A DNA stretch of 64,000 nt. Source: an uncultured Granulosicoccus sp. (GTDB lineage: Bacteria > Pseudomonadota > Gammaproteobacteria > Granulosicoccales > Granulosicoccaceae). The stretch's first letter is position 1, and the number at the start of each line of letters is the position of its first letter. Location of the stretch: NCBI GenBank assembly GCA_947492525.1, contig CANLNQ010000002.1, positions 235,538-299,537 on the forward strand, written 5' to 3'. The translations under genes were made by a program, and so were the position numbers. Shown here one piece after another: positions 55,789 through 64,000 of this stretch. Under the pieces are notes generated by a model. The model searched no databases. It was not told where the DNA came from and saw only the letters and a program-made list of their open reading frames with translations.

Positions 55789-58750
55789 GCAGGCGTTCTC
55801 CATCAGGATCCACAAAGTGCGGGGATACCACTTGCACGAAAATGCTCCCGCCACGAACCGGGTCGTAAGCCCTTATACGCTCGCCAAGCCGATTGGATCC
55901 ATTGCGAATGAATCCAAGACCGATATGGCTGCCCAGGGTTGGGGAGTAGGCCACAGAACTCATCCAACCCAGATCACTCTCCGTGGTTTCTGGCGCATCA
56001 GGAAGCAGGAAGTGGGCACCGGCGCGCAGCGTCTGCGACTTGTCTTCCGGCACGAAGCCCATCAGTTGAATGGCATCGCTGGCGTTCATGGCCGAGCGTC
56101 GCGAAAGCACCGCGCCGATACAATCCTTCTTTGTCGATACCATGCGACCCAGACCCAGATTGCCGGCTGTTGTCTGCCCGTTGAGCTCGTTTCCGGCTGC
56201 ATGGCCCTTCTCGACTCGCATGACACCGAGTGCCTCGAGACCGTAGGCCACGGCATCAAAGGCCTTGCCGTGTTCCATCAGGGCTTCCATCAGCGCATGG
56301 CCATAGCGTGTCGGTACCGCCAGTTCATAGGCCATTTCTCCGGAAAAGGAAATGCGAAACAGCCGGGCTGGCGTGCCGTTGAATACGGTCAGTTCGGCAC
56401 AGGCCATGAAGGGGAAGGCGTCATTGGATATGTCGAAGGGCGCATCCACCACACCTTCAAGCAGTGCTCGTGACTGAGGGCCAGCAATGGCGTACTGTGC
56501 CCATTGTTCCGTTGCCGATATCAGGTGTACATCCATGTCCGGCCACAGACATTGGCGGCAGAATTCCAGATGACGAAAGACGCTGACGGCATTGGCAGTC
56601 GTGGTTGTCATCAGGAAATGCGTCTCGCCCAGCCGTGCCGTCGTGCCATCATCCATCACAAAGCCGTCTTCACGCAGCATCAGGCCGTATCGCACCTTGC
56701 CAATGGCCAGTGTGGAAAAGGTATTGGCATAGACCCTGTCGAGAAACTCGGCGGCATCTCGGCCCTGAATATCGATCTTGCCAAGCGTGGTGACATCGCA
56801 GATGCCGACCGTACGGCGCGTTTGCTGGACTTCGCGATCCACACTCTGACGCCAGTGTGTTTCACCCGCCTGTGAGTACCATTGGGCACGGAGCCACAGG
56901 CCGGACTCGACCATGTCGCCTCCGTTTTCCATGGCCCATCGATGAGACGGCGTCTGCCGTACCGGACGAAAATGTTTTCCTCGTGAACGACCCGCCAGAG
57001 CACCGATGGCGATCGGGGTGTAGGGGGGACGGAAGATGGTTGTTCCGGTATCCTCGATTCGCTTTCCGCCCAGTTGCGCCAGCACCGCCAGTCCGAGGAC
57101 GTTGGACGTCTTTCCCTGATCGGTCGCCATGCCAAGCGTGGTGTAACGCTTGAGATGTTCTACCGATCGAAAGCCTTCCCTGAACGAGAGGGCAATATCC
57201 TTGGTCGTGACATCGTTCTGCAGGTCGACCCAGGCGCGGCCACGGCTCTCGGGGACCTGCCAGAAGGCGGTAATACGGGCAGATTCCTGCTCGGCCACCG
57301 GGGCGGGGCTTGTGGTTTGGTGTCGACCGGCATGCTTGATCAGTTCGACAGCTGCCTGATGGCCTTCCGTCAGCGACGCTGACAATCCCAGCGAACCACC
57401 GGCGGCACCGATGACCCGCATGCCGCTGGGCAGATCGGTACCCGGTACGAAAGCGGCAATGTCTTCGCGCCACACCGGGCGACCGCGCTGATGACAGGTC
57501 AGATGGACGTTCGGGCTCCAGCCTCCACTGACCGCCAGGCAATCACACGGTATCGACTGCCCGTCTTGCAAGGTGACCGAACGCAAGGCAAGTCTGCCAC
57601 GTGTCGTGGTGATACGCGCTCCCATCAGCACTTGCACGCCGGGCAGGTGCATCGGCTCCGGTATCGAGCGGGTGTCGATGATGGCTGCCGGGGCGACACC
57701 TGCGCGAGACAGGTCGGCAGCGGTACGCCAGCCATCATCGTTGTTGGTGAAGACAATGACCTGTTTGCCCGGTGCCACGCCAAAACGATTGAGATAGGTA
57801 CGCACGGCACCTGCCAGCATGATGCCGGGCCGGTCATTGTTGCCAAAGGCAATGGATCGCTCGGTTGCGCCGGCGCTCAGAATTGTCTGACGGGCGTAGA
57901 TGCGCCACAGGATCTGACGGGGCCTGCGGCCGGTCTTGTCCGCCAGGTGGTCGGTACAGCGTTGCAGCGCGCCGTAGATACCATGATCGAATGCCCCGTA
58001 GACACTGGTACGAAGCAGACAACGAACATGGGGCATCGACAGCAGCTCGGCGTAGCTTGCAGCTGCCCACTGCGATCCAGGCATACCGTCCACCTGCATC
58101 TGTTCGGCATTGAGCCTGCCGCCTGGCAGAAAATCATCGTCGGCAAGGATGACTCGCAGCCCTGCACGACCTGCGGTCAGAGCCGCGGCGAGTCCGGCAG
58201 GGCCTGCTCCGATGATGAGAAGATCCGTATGCAGGAAGCCCTTGTCGTAGGTATCCGGGTCTGCTTCACCGGATAGGGATCCGAGCCCGGCAGCCGCCCG
58301 GATGACCGGTTCGTAGAGCTTTTCCCAGAAGGCCTTGGGCCACATGAAGGTCTTGTAGTAGAAGCCGGCACTCAGAAACGATGACAGGTAGTCATTGATG
58401 GCCATGACATCGAATGACAGTGGGCCCCGGTGGTTCTGGCTGTGCGCTTCGAGTCCTTCGTGGAGTTCGGTGACCGTGGCGCGTGTGTTCGGCTCCTTGT
58501 AGGCTCCACGGCCCAGTTCAAGCAGCGCATTGGGCTCTTCTGCACCCGCGGAGAATATGCCCCGTGGCCGGTGATACTTGAAAGAGCGTCCCAGCAGGCG
58601 TTGATCATTGGCGAGCAGGGCAGAGGCCAGGGTATCTCCCTGCAAGCCACTGTAGTGTCGGCCGTTGAACTGGAAGCTGATCGTCTTGCCCGGATCTAGC
58701 AGGCCCTTGCCGATGCGCCCGGCGCCAGTCATGGAGGAGGGGGCGTTCAT
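55781..58750 (-). CDS. mgdC: Sarcosine oxidase / N-methylglutamate dehydrogenase alpha subunit
   Basis: GDTLASALLAN...GRSFKYHRPRG, GFYYKTFMWP, IIGAGPAGL, KRYTTLGMATDQGK, GcvT-like C-terminal domain. Start MNAPSS. Confidence 0.88.
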   Translation of the reverse strand: MNAPSSMTGAGRIGKGLLDPGKTISFQFNGRHYSGLQGDTLASALLANDQRLLGRSFKYHRPRGIFSAGAEEPNALLELGRGAYKEPNTRATVTELHEGLEAHSQNHRGPLSFDVMAINDYLSSFLSAGFYYKTFMWPKAFWEKLYEPVIRAAAGLGSLSGEADPDTYDKGFLHTDLLIIGAGPAGLAAALTAGRAGLRVILADDDFLPGGRLNAEQMQVDGMPGSQWAAASYAELLSMPHVRCLLRTSVYGAFDHGIYGALQRCTDHLADKTGRRPRQILWRIYARQTILSAGATERSIAFGNNDRPGIMLAGAVRTYLNRFGVAPGKQVIVFTNNDDGWRTAADLSRAGVAPAAIIDTRSIPEPMHLPGVQVLMGARITTTRGRLALRSVTLQDGQSIPCDCLAVSGGWSPNVHLTCHQRGRPVWREDIAAFVPGTDLPSGMRVIGAAGGSLGLSASLTEGHQAAVELIKHAGRHQTTSPAPVAEQESARITAFWQVPESRGRAWVDLQNDVTTKDIALSFREGFRSVEHLKRYTTLGMATDQGKTSNVLGLAVLAQLGGKRIEDTGTTIFRPPYTPIAIGALAGRSRGKHFRPVRQTPSHRWAMENGGDMVESGLWLRAQWYSQAGETHWRQSVDREVQQTRRTVGICDVTTLGKIDIQGRDAAEFLDRVYANTFSTLAIGKVRYGLMLREDGFVMDDGTTARLGETHFLMTTTTANAVSVFRHLEFCRQCLWPDMDVHLISATEQWAQYAIAGPQSRALLEGVVDAPFDISNDAFPFMACAELTVFNGTPARLFRISFSGEMAYELAVPTRYGHALMEALMEHGKAFDAVAYGLEALGVMRVEKGHAAGNELNGQTTAGNLGLGRMVSTKKDCIGAVLSRRSAMNASDAIQLMGFVPEDKSQTLRAGAHFLLPDAPETTESDLGWMSSVAYSPTLGSHIGLGFIRNGSNRLGERIRAYDPVRGGSIFVQVVSPHFVDPDGERLRG

Positions 58751-59049
58751 TGGCCTGCGTCTCCGGCAGTGCGCGGACGTCGCAGCGCTGCATCGCGTGC
58801 CAGTTCCACATCGGTGATTTCGTGCGTCAGCGTATTGCGAGTCACGATCAACCAGGAGCGATCCCCTTGCTCGTGGTACCACAGCTCGCGATGCACCCCT
58901 GCCGGGTTGTCGCGCAGGTGCAGATAGTCGTGAAATGCCTCTGCGGCATTATCTGCTGCGGCATCCGGGCGATCGATGAGGCTGGCATCGCCCAGATAGA
59001 CAAACTCGGATGCGTCGCGCAGACCCAGTAGTGGATGATTGATCAACAT
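58747..59049 (-). CDS. mgdB: Sarcosine oxidase / N-methylglutamate dehydrogenase delta subunit
   Basis: MLINHPLLGLRDASEF...YLHLRDNPAG...ELWYH...RNTLTHEI. Confidence 0.82.
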   Translation of the reverse strand: MLINHPLLGLRDASEFVYLGDASLIDRPDAAADNAAEAFHDYLHLRDNPAGVHRELWYHEQGDRSWLIVTRNTLTHEITDVELARDAALRRPRTAGDAGQ

Positions 59050-59061
59050 GTTGCGTTGCGC

Positions 59062-60312
59062 TCAATGGAGGTTGGGTTGAGCACCGGCACCGCGCTCGTC
59101 GATCACGGCACCACTCATGAAGCGATCCAGCCGATAGGCCGCAGCCGTTTCATGGGGTTGCCCCGTGGCAATCAGATGCGCATAGCACCAGCCACTGGCC
59201 GGCGTAGCCTTGAATCCGCCGTAGCACCAACCGCCATTGAAATACAGTCCCGGAACCGAGGTCTTGTCGATGAAAGGCGAACCATCCATCGACATGTCCA
59301 TGATGCCGCCCCACATGCGCAGCATTCTGGCTCTGCCGATCATGGGCATGATGGCCATGCCACCTTCACAGACGTCCTCGACCGTGGGCAGATTGCCCCG
59401 CTGGGCATAGGAGTTGTAGCCGTCGATGTCGCCGCCGAACACCAGGCCTCCCTTGTCCGACTGGCTGATGTAGAAGTGCCCTGCGCCGAAGGTCACCACG
59501 CCGGGAATGATCGGCTTCAGGCCTTCGGATACAAATGCCTGCAACACGTGACTCTCGATGGGAAGCCGCATGCCCGCCATTTCCATGACCCGACCGGACG
59601 AGCCTGCGACACAGACGGCGACCTTGTCGGCCGAGATCCTGCCTCGCGTACTGTCCACGCCGGTACAGACACCGTTGTCGATGGTGAAGCCCGTGACCTC
59701 GCAGTTCTGAATGATATCCACACCGCGGCTGTCGGCGCCGCGAGCGTAGCCCCAGGCCACGGCATCATGACGCGCGGTGCCGGCACGAGGCTGCAACAGT
59801 CCTCCCTTGATGGGGAAGCGTGCGTTGTCATAGTCGAGGAAGGGGCAGAGTTCCCGGATGCCGGCTTCGTCGAGCAGCTGCGCATCGGCACCTGCCAGCA
59901 GCATGGCATTGCCCCGGCGAGCGTATGCATCCCGCTGCGCATCGCTGTGGTAGAGATTGACGATGCCGCGCTGGGACATCATGGCGTTGTAGTTCAGGTC
60001 TTGCTCCAGGTTCTCCCACAGCTTCATGGACAGCTCGTAGAAAGGCTCGTTACCCGGCAGCAGATAATTGGAGCGTACGATCGTGGTGTTGCGCCCGATA
60101 TTGCCCGAACCTATCCAGCCTTTTTCGAGCACGGCAACATTGGTGATGCCGTGCACACTGGCAAGGTAGTGTGCGGTGGCCAGGCCGTGGCCGCCTCCGC
60201 CGACGATGATGACATCGTAGTGGGTTCTGGGCTCCGGGTCGCGCCAGGCTGGTCGCCAACCCCGATTACCGGTCAGACCTTCCTTGATGACTTTCAATGC
60301 GGAGTAGCGCAT
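59062..60312 (-). CDS. mgdA: Sarcosine oxidase / N-methylglutamate dehydrogenase beta subunit
   Basis: IVGGGGHGLATA, GNIGRNTTIVRSNY, HVLQAFVSE, GWCYGGFKATP. Start MRYSALKV. Confidence 0.88.
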   Translation of the reverse strand: MRYSALKVIKEGLTGNRGWRPAWRDPEPRTHYDVIIVGGGGHGLATAHYLASVHGITNVAVLEKGWIGSGNIGRNTTIVRSNYLLPGNEPFYELSMKLWENLEQDLNYNAMMSQRGIVNLYHSDAQRDAYARRGNAMLLAGADAQLLDEAGIRELCPFLDYDNARFPIKGGLLQPRAGTARHDAVAWGYARGADSRGVDIIQNCEVTGFTIDNGVCTGVDSTRGRISADKVAVCVAGSSGRVMEMAGMRLPIESHVLQAFVSEGLKPIIPGVVTFGAGHFYISQSDKGGLVFGGDIDGYNSYAQRGNLPTVEDVCEGGMAIMPMIGRARMLRMWGGIMDMSMDGSPFIDKTSVPGLYFNGGWCYGGFKATPASGWCYAHLIATGQPHETAAAYRLDRFMSGAVIDERGAGAQPNLH

Positions 60313-60396
60313 GGTTGACACGGGCTTTGGGCAGAGCTCAGAGAATGAACGAAATATTGCGGCTTGTGTATGTCCGTAATGGTCGTACACTTGTCC

Positions 60397-61377
60397 ATGA
60401 TGGACATCTCATCTCACAACCCCAATCTCCAGCCCTATCGCGTCGGCTTCGTGCTGATCGAAGGGTTTGCCTTGATGTCCTATGCCTCGGCCATCGAGCC
60501 CTTGCGCGCCTGCAACCTGTTGACGCAGAGAACGCCCTACGAGATCCATCATCTGGCCGTGGAAGGGAACCTGCCCGTCAGCTCCTCCGGTGCCCGGATT
60601 CCCACCACCATGACACTGGAGGAGAATGCCGAACTGGATCTTGTTCTGGTCATGGCGGGTGGAGATCCTGCTCTCGTCGATATCCCGAAGCTCAGTCACT
60701 GGTTGCATCAGCAGGCGAGCAGAGGTGTTCTGCTGGGTGGGGTATCCGGCGGACCCGTGATACTGGCGCGTTCCGGCCTCATGGAAGGACGACGTATGAC
60801 CGCACACTGGGAGCACATTCAGTCACTGGAGAATCATGCACCGAAACTGATCGTCGAACACTCCTTGTACGTTCGTGATCGGGATCGGTTGACCTGTGCG
60901 GGCGGGACCGCAGCGTTCGACATGATGCATGCCCTGATTGCCGAACAACACGGCTCTGAACTGGCCTCCCAGGTGAGCGAGTGGTTTGTCCATGCCGATA
61001 TCCGGCCGGGCGAGCTTGCACAGAGGGCCGGTATTGCAGAACGCTATGATGTCAGCAATCGCGCTGTCATCGTGAGTATCGAAGCCATGGAGAATCATCT
61101 GGCAGATCCTCTTGAACTGACGCAGCTTGCCAGTCTTTCAGGTCTGGGAGGCAGGCAGTTGAACAGGCTGTTTCAACAACAACTGAATACCAGTGCAATA
61201 CAGTTCTACCGAGAGTTGCGCTTGCGCAAAGCTCACGAGCTGTTGACGTCAACGTCGTGGTCGGTGGAGGGCGTTGCCCTGGCCACGGGGTTTGCCAACG
61301 GCGCCCATCTGAGTCGTCGATTTACCCAGTTCCATGGTTTGACGCCGAGGAGTGTTCGGCGCAAGGCGGGCAGCTAG
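60397..61377 (+). CDS. GlxA-family AraC regulator
   Basis: N-terminal DJ-1-like domain (SAIEPLRACN, GGVSGG, TCAGG) plus AraC HTH (ALATGFANGAHLSRRF). Confidence 0.92.
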   Translation: MMDISSHNPNLQPYRVGFVLIEGFALMSYASAIEPLRACNLLTQRTPYEIHHLAVEGNLPVSSSGARIPTTMTLEENAELDLVLVMAGGDPALVDIPKLSHWLHQQASRGVLLGGVSGGPVILARSGLMEGRRMTAHWEHIQSLENHAPKLIVEHSLYVRDRDRLTCAGGTAAFDMMHALIAEQHGSELASQVSEWFVHADIRPGELAQRAGIAERYDVSNRAVIVSIEAMENHLADPLELTQLASLSGLGGRQLNRLFQQQLNTSAIQFYRELRLRKAHELLTSTSWSVEGVALATGFANGAHLSRRFTQFHGLTPRSVRRKAGS

Positions 61378-61455
61378 ATCGGACAGACCCGCTTGCTTCA
61401 CTGATCGAGGCCGGTGGGTGAAGCGCACGGCTCTCACCCGCAGTACCTGTCATGA

Positions 61456-62219
<764 letters not shown>

Positions 62220-62223
<4 letters not shown>

Positions 62224-62759
62224 CCCTGTTGCGCGTCCAGCCATAGCAAGAAATCCACCGATTTCATGAGATCCAGATTTTCTTCCGAGCTGATCAGCTG
62301 CAGATGATCAACCGATTCGGTTTCAAATGCCGCAGCCTGCAGTGAGGGCGAACTCGTCTGAGTGAGTGCTGCTTCTGATAGTGGCGTGTTGTCAGACGGT
62401 GCCATCTCGACAGGAGTCTGCACAGAATTCTGCATATCCCCTCCGCTGAATATCATCAAGGTGGTAAGCGATGCAATGCCGACACTGGCCAGCGCTGTGG
62501 TCATGGGGCCATTGCAATGTAGCGTTTGCCAGGCATTCCTGATGAGGCCTGCTTTCGGCTCGCGATGCCTGACGGTGCCGCGCTTTGCCACAGACTGTCG
62601 CTGCATTTGCCTGATGGCCTGGCGACGCCGAAAAGCCAGGCTGTTGCCTATCTCGGGTGGCAGTGAGTCTGCTTCGGCGTCCAGCGCCGCCAGCACGTGT
62701 TCGATGGAGGCGTTATCGTTTCGCTGCTTGCCTGTTGTCATGCCGTTCACCATGGTCAT
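62220..62759 (-). CDS. DUF3619-like putative anti-sigma membrane protein
   Basis: LDAEADSLPPEIGNSLAFRRRQAI, one TM segment, C-terminal EENLDLMKSVDFLLWL; ATGA overlaps with both neighbours. Confidence 0.7.
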
Positions 62760-63478
62760 TGGTCCTGCTCCTGCAGCCGTTCCTTCAAGGCTGCCACCGC
62801 ACGTGAAAGGTGCGTCTTGACGCTGCCATCGCTGATATTCATGGCTTCTGCCGTTTCCCTGACGCTCAGACCCTGCCAGTTTCTCAGCAGGAAGACTTCT
62901 CGCTGCCGTGCCGGCAGTTCGGTCAGAACGCTGTTGATTCGGCTTGTACTCTGCGACGAGCATAAGGCATCCTGCGGACCCATCTGCTCAGTGGGCAGAC
63001 TATCCATGGTATCGCGCTCCGGTTCATTCTGTAAGCTGTCCGAAGAGGAATCGCCGCTTCGATGAATCCAGCGTTTGAGTCTCTGCATACCGCGCGGTCT
63101 GTGCCGGTCGGTGATACCGTTTTGCAGAATGCGATAGAACAGCGGAGCCCATTCCTCATGCGATCGATCACCATATCGTTCGCACAGCTTGAGCATTGCA
63201 TCCTGCACGGTGTCCAGTGCGTCATCTTCATTTTTGAGTGCGTAGCGCGCCATGACGAATGCCTTGCGCTCTACAGACTGCAGGAAACTGTCGATGGTCG
63301 GTGCGAGCATGGGCTCGACGACCATCGGCTGTCCATTGATCGGCTCGGCTTCGAGAGCGTGAGCTTCGTCTGCGTCAGCCGTGTGGCTTGTGCCGAGTGT
63401 AAGCTCGTCTGCGGAACCCTGACTCGCCAGCTCATCGCAATGCGATTCGCTCTGTGGCTGCATCGGTTGAATTTCCAT
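62756..63478 (-). CDS. ECF RNA polymerase sigma factor
   Basis: FLQSVERKAF...DALDTVQDAMLKL...LFYRILQN; LPARQREVFLLRNWQGLSVRETAEAMNISDGSVKTHLSRA. Start uncertain (63478/63325/63310). Confidence 0.92.
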   Translation of the reverse strand: MEIQPMQPQSESHCDELASQGSADELTLGTSHTADADEAHALEAEPINGQPMVVEPMLAPTIDSFLQSVERKAFVMARYALKNEDDALDTVQDAMLKLCERYGDRSHEEWAPLFYRILQNGITDRHRPRGMQRLKRWIHRSGDSSSDSLQNEPERDTMDSLPTEQMGPQDALCSSQSTSRINSVLTELPARQREVFLLRNWQGLSVRETAEAMNISDGSVKTHLSRAVAALKERLQEQDQ

Positions 63479-63757
63479 CGCTTCGTTTTTCTGGCAAGAC
63501 GGCAACTGCTGACGGCGTGCGGCCGTTGGAATGCTTCTCGCCGCGACAGGGATGCAGCTAGCGGGAGCATGGAGAGCAGTTCTCATCAAGGCGTCTGAAT
63601 CCCGGGCGCAGGCGTGGTGTCATGAACACCGTGGCGCACGGGGTGGTGAGGTCGAGATTGATTGCCTGGGTCGGGTTCATGCGGAATACCAGCTCTGCGT
63701 TGCACCACAGAAAATGCTGTGGCATTGACTGAAACGCATCCGATCCCGATTGGTTGA

Positions 63758-63829
63758 CAGCCCATCAGCCCATCAGCCCATCAGCCCATCAGGGCTTCAG
63801 GGCTTCAGGGCTTTAGGGCTTTAGGGCTT
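63758..63829. repeat. 8-bp graded tandem repeat (CAGCCCAT)4(CAGGGCTT)3(TAGGGCTT)2
   Basis: Read directly; lies just downstream of the EF-hand gene stop. Confidence 0.95.
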
Positions 63830-63838
63830 TAGACAGGC

Positions 63839-64000
63839 TTACTGATTGCGCTGTCCACCGTTACGACGTCCGTCTTCCTGTGTCAGAGCTCCGTCGCCGT
63901 TGCGATCCATTCGCTCTACGATCGAGTTGACACGGTCGTCCAGTTCGGCCGTGCTGATCACGCCATCACCGTCCTCATCGAAGTCCTGGAACATGTCGAC
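63839..64000 (-). CDS. EF-hand domain protein, C-terminal part (runs off the window end)
   Basis: Reverse strand reads VDMFQDFDEDGDGVISTAELDDRVNSIVERMDRNGDGALTQEDGRRNGGQRNQ*, with two DxDGDGxxS/T loops. Not in the ORF track. Confidence 0.85.
   Translation of the reverse strand, partial: VDMFQDFDEDGDGVISTAELDDRVNSIVERMDRNGDGALTQEDGRRNGGQRNQ

Noticed and set aside
55198-60312. Gene symbols soxBDAG for the four-subunit oxidase
   Set aside because: These would collide with the sulfur-oxidation sox names, and the gmaS/mgs context favours mgd. The substrate remains unproven.

Overview
Gene-dense, GC-rich proteobacterial chromosome segment. The style suggests a marine Gammaproteobacterium, possibly Granulosicoccus-like, carrying Roseobacter/Paracoccus-type catabolic clusters; this taxonomy is inference only. 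From left to right: end of an SDR gene; TAXI-TRAP transporter; flavin reductase and GntR divergent from a peptide-type ABC operon with two embedded amidohydrolases; a 5'-truncated DUF1826 gene; a META lipoprotein; an RCC1/FN3 secreted protein; 1-Cys peroxiredoxin; MFS transporter; Zur-like regulator; a second FN3-type secreted protein; a SELENBP1-like (methanethiol oxidase family) gene plus 2Fe-2S ferredoxin; a LuxR-associated operon (polyamine-type ABC, class III aminotransferase, flavin monooxygenase, RidA, DUF1028); an ABC exporter; a Sox thiosulfate-oxidation cluster (YeeE, DUF302, soxXYZABCD, MBL hydrolase, and convergent soxS-soxR-YeeE); an XRE-cupin regulator; a Fic gene followed by an hsdM relic; a complete N-methylglutamate pathway (gmaS, mgsABC, mgdABCD-like) with a GlxA regulator; an ECF sigma/DUF3619/DUF3106 operon; and the end of an EF-hand gene. 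I saw no rRNA, tRNA, CRISPR array, integrase or transposase. The most striking unexplained structures are non-coding. (1) Two copies of a ~315-bp element contain a symmetric quartet of DnaA boxes plus an IHF-like site. They are colinear at a near-constant 2677-2678 bp offset, and each sits between convergent genes (datA/DARS-like candidate). (2) Five polarised intergenic short-tandem-repeat arrays change unit sequence along the array. (3) Four ATTC-N8-GAAT-type sites map a probable SoxR regulon.
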